Shown: one piece after another, positions 41,359-52,800 of the stretch | How the letters are laid out: every line of letters begins with the position of its first letter | Numbering within the stretch: the stretch's first letter is position 1 | Assembly: GCA_964016885.1 (NCBI GenBank) | Contig: OZ024743.1 | Coordinates: 280,240,001 to 280,304,000 of the forward strand | DNA from: Eledone cirrhosa | Taxonomy: Eukaryota | Length of the DNA stretch: 64,000 nt | Direction: 5' to 3' | Notes under the pieces: model-generated | Database searches by the model: none | What the model saw: only the letters and a program-made list of their open reading frames with translations | Told to the model about the DNA's origin: nothing | Translations under genes and position numbers: made by a program

Positions 41359-41769
41359 TAAATATATATAAAACACTCACACACACACACATATATATTT
41401 ATAGATAGATACTAAGATAGAGAGATAGAGAGATTTAATATGCGTGTCTATCTGTGAGGAGGGGTGTTTGGGTCGGGGGGGGGGGGTATGTGTGTGTGTG
41501 TGTGTGTGCATGTGTACATTTGTGTGGTTGTCTACGTGTGTGTGCAGTATATTGTGTACGATGTGTGTATCGGTGCATATATAATGTATGCCCCGCAGTA
41601 TGTCGAGCTAGAAGTGCTACCAAATGCTTAGTTTCGACACATATTCCAATGTAATTAACTATTGCTTTAATTGTTCCACCCATCGGGCTAGAATCACGTA
41701 ACACATGTATGTACGTATGTATATACTTATTTATATATTTACGTGTATGCTTATGTATATATATCTATA

Positions 41770-41824
<55 letters not shown>

Positions 41825-41825
41825 T

Positions 41826-41874
<49 letters not shown>

Positions 41875-41882
41875 TATTTTAA

Positions 41883-42061
41883 TTTTATAGAAGGAGCTTC
41901 TACAGGACTAGTACTGTTTCATTCAGATGAAATCTTCAGGAAGCTGAATGAAACAATACTAGTCCTGTAGAAGCTCCTTCTATAAAATAAAAAAATGTTA
42001 CTCTGCCATGTATTGAGTACCTTACTTACTGTGGTTATCCCCGACTCAACCCGGGACCTAC

Positions 42062-42063
<2 letters not shown>
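41883..42063. mobile_element. Fold-back PLE-type insert (44-bp arms plus extension)
   Basis: Arms 41883-41926 and 41944-41987 with one mismatch; extension 41988-42063 is homologous to the reverse complement of 17098-17152. Confidence 0.8.
41895..41945 (-). ncRNA. Hammerhead ribozyme motif (type I)
   Basis: agcttc, ctgaaga, tttcatctgaat, gaaa, cag tactagtc ctg, ta, gaagct: perfect 6-bp helix I and a GUA triplet. Confidence 0.75.
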
Positions 42064-42108
<45 letters not shown>

Positions 42109-42210
42109 TGTGTGAGTGTGTGTGTGTGTATAAAAACATGCAGAAAAGTACATTTTTTAAGTCAGCAGGCCGTCGAAATAGGATGTACTATCTTCTTTTT
42201 TTTCTTCTTC

Positions 42211-42254
<44 letters not shown>

Positions 42255-42267
42255 GTTGTTGTTGTTC

Positions 42268-42725
42268 TTTGAGTCTCAGTCATTGATGTTAGTTAACTGG
42301 AAAGTTTGTTGAAATGAATATCAAGCCACTACCTGCAGCCTCAGATATTCAGGACGTATCGGAGGGTTCTTGCTGTTCCCAGCAAGCATGCCTTTTGAAG
42401 CGTTCCAAAAAGCGTGGCGCGGCCAATTTTCTTTAACCATCCCTGGAAACTTTTTGAGATAGTACCTAGTGCGCCTATGACAATCAGGACCACTTAGACT
42501 TCATGGCAGTTCCAAATCCTTTTTACCTCCTACTTTAAGTCCTGGTATCGGTTAATTTTCTCCCTCTCCTTCTCTTGCACTCTCGTGTCGAATGGGCAGG
42601 CCACATCCACAATCAGGCACGATCTTTTTTCCTTATCCAAAACCACCAGGTCAGGTCTATTGTGTTCCAGTTTCTTATCCGCCTGTATCCTAAAATCCCA
42701 CATCACTTTCACCTGATCGTTTTCT
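42268..42725 (-). mobile_element. 3' end of R4/Dong-type LINE no. 1 in (TAA)n
   Basis: KVMWDFRIQADKKLEHNRPDLVVLDK...IVDVACPFD...EKINRYQDL, then IVIGALG...LQKACLLGTARTLR. Confidence 0.9.
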
Positions 42726-42742
42726 ATTATTATTATTATTAT

Positions 42743-43367
42743 TTGCATTTATCTTGCTTTATGTTCATACGAGTTATCACCAAGTCACAACCAGTGACCT
42801 CAAGAGACAACAAGGTCCGCCATGTTCAAGAAAGAACATACATATTCACACATGCATCCTTAGTGTTTAGACTTGTGATGTACTTATATTGACAGGATCT
42901 TCCTTAGTATATGGGCAGTTCCCATTAGTACTATCTTTTGTATTTCTCCTATACGCGGGTTTCCTGGGATTTGCGATAAGTAGTCGTTAGACCCCTTAGG
43001 TATCATTCCCAGAGCGCCTACAACCACTGGTATTGTTTTAGTTCTCAATTTCCACATTTTTCCAATTTCTATCTCCAGGTCCTTATACTTGCTCAATTTT
43101 TCAAATGTTTTTATAGATACATTCTTGTCTATTGGAACAGACATATCAATTAGCAGGCATACCCTCCTTTGAAAGTCCTTCAATATTATATCAGGTCTAT
43201 TTGCATCTATTTTTCGGTCTGTTTGGATGCTAAAGTTCCACAAGATTGAGATGTGATCTTTTTCAAGTATGGGAGGTGGTTGATGCTCCCACCAATTCTT
43301 TTGATGGGGCAGGTCAAAATGCTTACACATTATCCAATGTATGTATTGTGCAGCTATGTCATGCCTG
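42743..43367 (-). mobile_element. 3' end of R4/Dong-type LINE no. 2 with (TAA)n tail
   Basis: Uninterrupted RHDIAAQYIHW...LWNFSIQTDRKIDANRPDII...IDMSVP...EKLSKYKDL...PVVVGALG...MGTAHILRKILS*. Confidence 0.9.
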
Positions 43368-45350
43368 TTTTCTTCTTCCTCAATCATCACTACAGCAGAG
43401 AGAAGATTGTCTCTCTCCCTCCCTTCTTTAAATGTGTCTCTCTCCCTCCCTTCTCTTTCGCAAGCGACGAAAGAAAAGAAAAGTCTCGTGCAAAGCGTGC
43501 AAGGTTTCTCCACGACGACGACAACAGCGACGAAACAGGTGTGCGGGAAATACGAAAACCCAGTTCATTCGTCTGACGTCAGGAATAATAGCAGTAGCAG
43601 CCGTAATAACAACAGCAACAGTGACAATGAAAACAACAGTAGCAGCCGCAACAGCATCACCAGCAGCATAAACAACAACAGCATTAGCAGCAGCAACACC
43701 AACAACAACCACAGCAACAGCGGCGGAGGCAGTAGTCGTAGTACCTGCAGCAACAACAAAAGTAACAGCAGCTCTGACGACAACAACAAAAGTAACAGCA
43801 GCTCTGACGACTACAACAACAACAGCAGCAAAGAAAAACCAATCTTATTTGCAGGTATTGCGAAAAACTTGGAAACAATCCTCATAACAAATGAGGAATT
43901 AGAGGAAGCGAAGAAGATGGTGACAAAGAATGGACACCGAGCAATCTGCAAGGCAGCGGAAAAATTTTTCGAAACCCAACAGCACTGTACGGTCACTTAC
44001 CGTACAGTAAGTACAAAATCCCGTAGGGTGGAAAGAGCCACAGAAGCCCAAATACAAAAAGCCTTGGGGTCTGTGTGGCAGCGGAAAACGCACATCACCC
44101 GAGGCAAAAAATATGCCACCGTAGACGTACTTTTTGCCGCACCCCAGGAGGCAAAGGCCCAATCCGTAGTGACCCTAAGGAGCGAGGAAATGGTGTTGGT
44201 GCCCTCCTACTGCGGGCAAAAAATTGTGAGGGTCAAACTGACCCACGTCCCCCCCGGAATGGTCCCTTCTTGGCTGGCCGCGTCTGTCCTCGTCGGAATC
44301 GAGGACAAAACAACTGTACTGCAAGTACAGAAAAAAGTAAGAGAAGATTGGGTCGGCACCTCCATTGAGATGCTAATCCAAACCAACCAGGAGTGCATCG
44401 AAGCTATCCCGGATGTGATAGACTTCGATAACGGCACTCAACTGCCCATAAGTGTTGAGGGCAAACGCCCGAAATGCTTTCGCTGTGGATCGAAGACTCA
44501 CCTCAGGGCCTTCTGCAACGAGAAGACCCTGAGAAAGGAGAAAACCCCCCTCCTTCCGAAACCGGCTCCACGGCTACCAGCAACAGGACAAGCGGCAACC
44601 AGGAACGATAGGTCCGTGGCACCCATACCCACGCCACGGAAATCAAAAACAGCAGCAGCAGTGGAAATATTAACAACAACAACAGCAATACCAAATGCAG
44701 CTGCAACAGAGACTCCAGTGCAAACATCACCAACAACAACAAGTGAAAGAGTGGAGCTGGTACCCCTCCCCGACCTCACAGAATCAGACATGGAGTGTGA
44801 GGTGGGAGAGGGATGGCAAAAGGTCGTAAGAAGGCACAAACGCAGAAGCAGCGCATCGTCGCCTTTGAAAAGGGAGGAAAGAAATGAGAAAAGGGTAAAG
44901 TCTTCTGCAAAGAGACCCACAGCAGCAACACCACCAACACCATCACCACCCACACTAGCACCACCATCACCACCGGCGACAACCCCACCGCCAACAACAC
45001 CTTCAACACCACCACCACAAGCACCAACATCTCAAACACAACAACAAAACACACACACCCAGCAACAACGACAAGAAAATAGCAGAACCACACCCCACCC
45101 CCAGAAAAACAAATGCACGGCAATAAATACACACAACAAGAAACTAATGACTTACATAATTGAACACACAGACATTTCACAACAGGACTACATAATACCA
45201 GCACCAATCAAAACGCCAACTAACATAAGACTGCTAAAAATAGCACAGAAACAATACACAAACATTAAAACGAAATTCCCCAACGCAGTTGGTGATTTCA
45301 GGGACCTAGCAGGAACTTCAATCGAAGAGTATATTCAGACATTCTCTTAG
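43368..45350 (+). CDS. ORF1 (gag-like) of a Tx1/L1-type LINE; true start codon uncertain
   Basis: Long open frame with CCHC knuckle CFRCGSKTHLRAFC, GWQKVVRR motif, Asn/Ser-rich N-terminus and Pro/Thr-rich C-terminus, directly upstream of ORF2. Confidence 0.8.
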   Translation, partial: FSSSSIITTAERRLSLSLPSLNVSLSLPSLSQATKEKKSLVQSVQGFSTTTTTATKQVCGKYENPVHSSDVRNNSSSSRNNNSNSDNENNSSSRNSITSSINNNSISSSNTNNNHSNSGGGSSRSTCSNNKSNSSSDDNNKSNSSSDDYNNNSSKEKPILFAGIAKNLETILITNEELEEAKKMVTKNGHRAICKAAEKFFETQQHCTVTYRTVSTKSRRVERATEAQIQKALGSVWQRKTHITRGKKYATVDVLFAAPQEAKAQSVVTLRSEEMVLVPSYCGQKIVRVKLTHVPPGMVPSWLAASVLVGIEDKTTVLQVQKKVREDWVGTSIEMLIQTNQECIEAIPDVIDFDNGTQLPISVEGKRPKCFRCGSKTHLRAFCNEKTLRKEKTPLLPKPAPRLPATGQAATRNDRSVAPIPTPRKSKTAAAVEILTTTTAIPNAAATETPVQTSPTTTSERVELVPLPDLTESDMECEVGEGWQKVVRRHKRRSSASSPLKREERNEKRVKSSAKRPTAATPPTPSPPTLAPPSPPATTPPPTTPSTPPPQAPTSQTQQQNTHTQQQRQENSRTTPHPQKNKCTAINTHNKKLMTYIIEHTDISQQDYIIPAPIKTPTNIRLLKIAQKQYTNIKTKFPNAVGDFRDLAGTSIEEYIQTFS

Positions 45351-45489
45351 AAGAGCCGATGACCAGCCGAAGGGACGATTCAACGGTCCTTTCACCAGAC
45401 GATCACGTGAAAAGGGATGTAAAAACCATCCCTCCTCTACCAAAAGTACGGTAAGTGGTCTTTCCCATCTTTTCCACTCTATTTTAAAC

Positions 45490-48400
45490 ATGACCTCACT
45501 CAGAATAGGCAGCATAAATGCGCGTGGCCTGGGGTCGTCATAGAAGCAGGGTCACCTGCTCAACGACCTCAGGTCACTAAACATAGATGTAGTGGCCATC
45601 AGCGAGACCAGAATCTCCGAAGCACGGGCCTTCGCACCGATCTTTGGCGGCTACGATGTGTACGCATCTCCCAGCCGTCCGGGATCGGGGGGAGGAGTTG
45701 CTGTGCTTTTTCGGAGATGTTTGGATCTCGCCATACGGGCCATCTTCCTGGACCCAGAGGGTAAGCTGGTGGTGCTGGACGTGACCAGCGGAGACGGGCA
45801 AGCTTTCAGGCTAGTGGCCGTCTATGCCCCGAGAGGAGCAGGGCGGCCTGATTTCTTCCGGCGTCTGGAGACCTTTCTTGGAACGTCCCGCTCTTTAGTG
45901 TTAGTGGGCGACTGGAACGGGATCTTAGATGCACGCTGGGACTGTGTGGCATTAGCGGATAGGGGTGGAGGGTGCAAGAGCCTCACCAACCTGCTCAGGC
46001 GTTTTGAACTGTCTGACAGGTACCGATTGGATTTCCCGAATCTGCCAATGTGGACTTGGACAAATCGCATAGGGTCATCCAGATCATATCTAGATAGAGT
46101 ATTTTGTAGGGAAATAGATAGGTCTAGCATAGGCTGTCCACAATTCAAGATAGTCAGCTACACGGACCACAAATTCGTGATCTGTGTGCTTGACTTAGAT
46201 AGGCTTCATAGACGAGGACCCGGCTACTGGAAGCTAAACGCGTCCTTACCAGCGCGCAAGGCCTACAGAGACCGGATTAGCGAACTAGTTAAGCGGGCGT
46301 TGACGGGGGCCATCGTCAACAACAAGTGGTGGTTTGCTCTGAAAAGAGCGATTAGAATAGAATCCATTAGGTTTAGTAAGGCTTTAGCAATAGAGAAAAA
46401 TAGAGCAGAGGGAGAACTAGTTAGAAAATTAGACGAGGCGCTTAGCAAAGGCAGTGCGACCGACGTGCTTGCGGCGAAATTGGCCCTTGACCAATTCTTC
46501 AATGCAAAGCACGAAGGCTGCGTTGTCAGAGCAAGGGTGCGTGCTCTCAGACACGAGGGGACGAAAGTCGTTCAATGGGCCAGAGTGGCGGAGGCGCGTC
46601 GTGGCAACAAAGCCACGATCCGGTCTTTGGTGGACCACGACGGGCGCATGCTACTCGATCCCGGGCAAATGTGTGAAGCTTTTCAGCGACACTTCGCTCA
46701 GCTGTTCGGGGGCAGCGGTGGGCCGGGTCGAGGGATGGACTTTAGTGTCTACCTCGACGAACTGCCGCGGTACTCGGCCACTGAGGCGAAGTGTTGCGAA
46801 AAGCCGATAACAGCCGCTGAAGTAAGGGAGGCAATGACTGGCTGCACAAGGGGTAAATCGCCTGGTTTGGATGGTCTGCCCTATGAACTTTACGTACAGA
46901 TGCCAGACTTGTCCGGAGGCCTCTTGGCGGACGTCTACTGCAACTGGCAACAGAACGGGAGAATTCCCAGTTCTGTGAGCCGAGGAGCGGTGGCACTGCT
47001 GAGAAAGGATCCGTTCAAGGGGGATAACATAGATAATTTCCGGCCCATAACTCTGCTAAACACAGAGTTCATGATTTTGGCCAAGGTGCTAGCAAAGAGG
47101 TTGGCGCTTGTTGTTGGTGGTCTGGTGGGAGAGGCGCAGACATGCGCCATTCCCGACAGATCCATCCACGACAACCTCCACTTCATGCGATACATCGTAG
47201 AGAGGGTAGCTAGGGAACCTGGAACGGGTGGGTCCTTGATCAATTTAGATCAGTCGAAAGCTTTCGATAGGGTCGACCATCGTTACCTAGCGGCAGTCCT
47301 GAGGGCGGCTGGCTTTGGGCCCGTCTTCAGAGGCTGGATCGCTACCATGCACAGCGACATCTGTTCTGTGGTGAGAGTGAACGGTCACCTGTCGGAACCG
47401 TTCAACATCATGCGCTCGGTCCGCCAAGGATGTCCCCTCTCGTCCCTCTTGTACGTATTGACTCTCGAGCCATTACTGCACAAACTGGAGACGTTGAGGG
47501 GCGTCCCGCGCGAACTAGGATGCGGAAGATCCGTGTCAGCATATGCGCACGATGTCACCGTAGTGGTGTCGAACGCCAAACACATAGAGGCGATCGGCAC
47601 TACACTAAGAGAATACGAAGCGGTGACAGGAGCAATGATCAACCAGGAAAAGTCAGTGGGCCTGCAGCTCGGCACCTGGAGAGGCAGGTCCATGCCGTCC
47701 AACAGCATCGCCGGACGCTGGACGGACGGACCGGTTAAATTGCTAGGGGTCTGGTTCGGTCCGGACCTCCAGACGGACAAAAACTGGAACGAGGTGACGA
47801 GCAGGGTGGCTTCTCTCACCCAGAAATTGGCGGAGAGGAAGCTATCCCTGAAAGGTCGAGCGGAGGTGGCTAACGCGTACATCGCGTCTGTCATCTGCTA
47901 CCGCCTGACCGTCGTACCTTATCCTAAGCCTCGCCTGACTGCGCTGGAGCGTTTGCTCTTTCGCTTTTTGTGGAAGGGACGCACTCCGATGGTCAGGCGG
48001 TCCATCTGTTGTCAACACCCGCTACGTGGAGGGCTGGGCATGCCGTGGCTGATGATGAGCAGGCACGCGCTCAGGCTACGACATCTCCACCTCTTCCTCG
48101 ACGGTGATCAGGTGTGGTCGCCGTTTGCTAGACACGTATTTCCCCAGCTCGTTTCCTTGACGGAGCTGCAGTCCTGGGTCAAGCGAAGACCGAGATGGAG
48201 CGCCTGGAGACTGGAATGTCTTCAGGCGCTCACAGCCCTCGACCAATCGGGCAATGTGATCGGTGGAAACTCCACCTCGGCGTTCTATAGAGGATTAGTG
48301 GAGGGGAAGAGCGACGACGTACTTGGGGAAACTCTAGGCGTCGACGAAAATCAACTAGCCAATCTCTTCGGAAGAACTTTCGGGCCAGGGCCTATGGACA

Positions 48401-48582
48401 ACTTCCAGAAATCTCTGGCCTGGCAGTGCTACCGAGGAGCCTTGCCAGTTCGGGATAAACTCTACAGGCATGGAGGTACCATCAGCCGGGTATGTCCGAG
48501 ATGCGCGCAGGGCGACGAACCGTCCTGCACGCACTCGTCCAGTGTCCGAAAATTGCTGACTTGTGGGTTTATGTCGAACACT
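45490..48582 (+). pseudogene. ORF2 of a Tx1/L1-type LINE (APE, RT, C-terminal zinc motif), lightly disabled and 3'-truncated
   Basis: ATG 45490 MTSLRIGSINARGL, premature TAG at 45541, then ISETR, VYAP, GDWN, SYLDR, TDH, YWKLN, KSPGLDGLP, FRPITLLN, LDQSKAFDRVDH, SVRQGCPLS, AYAHD (YADD mutated). A 1-bp frameshift lies in CPRC...(ETVLHALVQC). Confidence 0.92.
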
Positions 48583-48762
48583 TTTTGGCACAAGGCCAGC
48601 AATTACCCAGTGTATTACGGCCCTTGCCATTCTGAGTTCGAATCTCGCCGAGATTAACTTTGTCCTTCATCCTTACGGGGTCGATAAAATAAAGTACCAG
48701 TAATACACTGGGTAATTGCTGCCCTTGTGCCAAAAAGTAGAAACAATTATTTATTATTATTG
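48582..48762 (+). mobile_element. 5'-truncated tRNA-derived SINE preceded by an inverted copy of its own tail
   Basis: 48582-48618 tttttggcacaaggccagcaattacccagtgtattac is the reverse complement of 48700-48736 with one mismatch. Confidence 0.75.
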
Positions 48763-48799
48763 CTTTCTATGGCATATTGGGCGTATATATATATATGTG

Positions 48800-48830
<31 letters not shown>

Positions 48831-49230
48831 ATGCATGCGTGTGTGTATGTGTATGCATGTGTGCGTGTCTGTGTATGCATGTGTGTGCACGTGTGTCTGT
48901 GAATGTGTGTGTGTTCGCCCACACTGTCTCGTGCCGACTCCCAGCTCAGAGCCATGTCTATAAGGTCTTCTTCCACAAATCGTAACCAGGTCTTCATTAA
49001 TGTTCTTACCTCCTCCGTCACCCTTCCCATTTCTACTTTTATAATATATAACTAAAATGTTTTTCGATATGCTGACGCGCATGTGCATATGTGTGTGCGT
49101 GTGTGTATGTGCATATGCATACATTTATATGTATGAGTATATAAACATAAACGTGCAAACACAAACACACTTGCAAAAATACACACACACAGATACACGT
49201 ACATCTGATCTCTTACATCAGACGGAAAGA

Positions 49231-49632
49231 GAGAGGAGTAGTATGAGGTAGTCATAACAACAGTGGTAGCAGCAATCTGTTTTTTTATGTGGAGAGGAGT
49301 AGTATGAGGTAGTCATAACAACAGTCGTAGCAGCAACCTGTTTTTTTTATGTAGAGAGGAGTAGTATGAGGGAGTCATAACAACGGTAGTAGCAATTACC
49401 TGTTCATTTTTATGTAGAGAGGAGTAGTATGAGAGAGTCATAACAACAGTAGTAGCAGCAACCTGTGCTTTTTTATGGAGAGAGGAGTAGTATGAGGGAG
49501 TCATAACAACAGTGGTAGCAGCAATCTGTTATTTTTATGTAGAGAGGAGTAGTATGAGGGAGTCATAACAACAGTAGTAGCAGCAACCTGTTCTTTTAAT
49601 GTAGAGAGTAGTAGTATGAGGTAGTCATAACA
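49231..49632. repeat. 61-63 bp minisatellite, about 6.5 copies
   Basis: gagaggagtagtatgag starts at 49231, 49292, 49354, 49417, 49480, 49542 and (variant) 49604. Confidence 0.9.
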
Positions 49633-49800
49633 GGGAGCAGACGTAAAGAGTAAGTAGTTTGACGACTAGTATGGGGTAGTCAAACTACTCCTCTCTCTTT
49701 ACATGTTGTAACAGAATTGCAGAAATTTATATATCTTGAAAGTGTACACATCTGTGCTAATACATGTGTTGCTTGTGGGAGTATTGGCGGTAATACTGAC

Positions 49801-52800
49801 GTTTGTATTAATGTATGTGGTAATGTTAGGTATAGTAATGGTGTTTGTATTAATGTATGTGGTAATGTTGGGTATAGTAATGGTGTTTGTATTAATGTAT
49901 GTGGTAATGTTGGGTATAGTAATGGAGTTTGTATTAATGTATGTGGTAATGTTGGGTATAGTAAAGGTGTTTGTATTAATGTATGTGGTAATGTTGAGTA
50001 TAGTAATGGTGTTTGTATTAATGTATGTGGTAATGTTAGGTATAGTAAAGGTGTTTGTATTAATGTATGTGGTAATGTTGGGTATAGTAATGGTGTTTGT
50101 ATTAATGTATGTGGTAATGTTGGGTATAGTAATGGTGTTTGTATTAATGTATGTGGTAATGTTGGGTATAGTAATGGTGTTTGTATTAATGTATGTGGTA
50201 ATGTTGAGTATAGTAATGGTGTTTGTATTAATGTATGTGGTAATGTTGGGTATAGTAATGGTGTTTGTATTAATGTATGTGGTAATGTTGAGTATAGTAA
50301 TGGTGTTTGTATTAATGTATGTGGTAATGTGGGTATAGTAATGGTGTTTGTATTAATGTATGTGGTAATGTGGGTATAGTAATGGTGTTTGTATTAATGT
50401 ATGTGGTAATGTTGGGTATAGTAATAGTGTTTGTATTAATGTATGTGGTAATGTTGGGTATAGTAATAGTGATTGTATTAATATATGTGGTAATGTGGGT
50501 ATAGTAATGGTGTTTGTATTAATATATGTGGTAATGTTGGGTATAGTAATGGTGTTTGTATTAATGTATGTGGTAATGTTGGGTATAGTAATGGTGTTTG
50601 TATTAATGTATGTGGTAATGTTGAGTATAGTAATGGTGTTTGTATTAATGTATGTGGTAATGTGGGTATAGTAATGGTGTTTGTATTAATATATGTGGTA
50701 ATGTTAGGTATAGTAAAGGTTTTTGTATTAATATATGTGGTAATGTTGGGTATAGTAATGGTGTTTGTATTAATATATGTGGTAATGTTAGGTATAGTAA
50801 TGGTTTTTATATTAATATATGTGGTAATGTTGGGTATAGTAATGGTGTTTGTATTAATATATGTGGTAATGTTGGGTATAGTAATGGTGTTTGTATTAAT
50901 ATATGTGGTAATGTTGGGTATAGTAATGGTGTTTGTATTAATATATGTGGTAATGTTGGGTATAGTAATGGTGTTTGTATTAATATATGTGGTAATGTTA
51001 GGTATAGTAATGGTTTTTATATTAATATATGTGGTAATGTTGGGTATAGTAATGGTGTTTGTATTAATATATGTGGTAATGTTGGGTATAGTAATGGTGT
51101 TTGTATTAATGTATGTGGTAATGTTGGGTATAGTAATGGTGTTTGTATTAATGTATGTGGTAATGTTGCGTATAGTAATGGTATTTGTATTAATATATGT
51201 GGTAATGTTGGGTATAGTAATGGTGTTTGTATTAATGTATGTGGTAATGTTGAGTATAGTAATGGTATTTGTATTAATGTATGTGGTAATGTTGGGTATA
51301 GTAATGGTGTTTGTATTAATATATGTGGTAATGTTGGGTATAGTAATGGTGTTTGTATTAATATATGTGGTAATGTTGGGTATAGTAATGGTGTTTGTAT
51401 TAATATATTTGGTAATGTTGGGTATAGTAATAGTGTTTGTATTAATGTATGTGGTAATGTTGGGTATAGTAATAGTGTTTGTATTAATGTATGTGGTAAT
51501 GTGGGTATAGTAATGGAGTTTGTATTAATATATGTGGTAATGTGGGTATAGTAATGGTGTTTGTATTAATGTATGTGGTAATGTTGGGTATAGTAATGGT
51601 GTTTGTATTAATATATGTGGTAATGTTGGGTATAGTAATGGTGTTTGTATTAATATATTTGGTAATGTTGGGTATAGTAATAGTGTTTGTATTAATGTAT
51701 GTGATAATGTTGGGTATAGTAATGGTGTTTGTATTAATGTATGTGGTAATGTTGGGTATAGTAATGGTGTTTGTATTAATATATTTGGTAATGTTGGGTA
51801 TAGTAATAGTGTTTGTATTAATGTATGTGGTAATGTTGGGTATAGTAATGGTGTTTGTATTAATGTATGTGGTAATGTTGGGTATAGTAATGGTGTTTGT
51901 ATAAATATATTTGGTAATGTTGGGTATAGTAATAGTGTTTGTATTAATGTATGTGGTAATGTTGGGTATAGTAATGGTGTTTGTATTAATGTATGTGGTA
52001 ATGTTGGGTGTAGTAATGGTGTTAGTATTAATGTATGTGGTAATGTTGGGTATAATAATGGTGTTTGTATTAATATATGTGGTAATGTTGGGTATAGTAA
52101 TGGTGTGTGTATTAATGTATGTGGTAATGTGGGGTATAGTAATGGTGTTTGTATTAATATATGTGGTAATGTTGGGTATAGTAATGGTGTTTGTATTAAT
52201 GTATGTGGTAATGTTGGGTATAGTAATGGTGTTTGTATTAATGTATGTGGTAATGTTGGGTATAGTAATAGTGTTAGTATTAATGTATGTGGTAATGTTG
52301 GGTATAGTAATGGTGTTTGTATTAATATATTTGGTAATGTTGGGTATAGTAATAGTGTTTGTATTAACGTATGTGGTAATTTTGGGTATAGTAATAGTGT
52401 TTGTATTAATGTATGTGGTAATGTTGGGTATAGTAATGGTGTTTGTATTAATGTATGTGGTAATGTTGCGTATAGTAATGGTATTTGTATTAATATATGT
52501 GGTAATGTTGGGTATAGTAATGGTGTTTGTATTAATGTATGTGGTAATGTTGCGTATAGTAATGGTATTTGTATTAATGTATGTGGTACTGTTGGGTATA
52601 GTAATGGTGTTTGTATTAATATATGTGGTAATGTTGGGTATAGTAATGGTGTTTGTATTAATATATGTGGTAATGTTGGGTATAGTAATGGTGTTTGTAT
52701 TAATATATTTGGTAATGTTGGGTATAGTAATAGTGTTTGTATTAATGTATGTGGTAATGTTGGGTATAGTAATAGTGTTTGTATTAATGTATGTGGTAAT

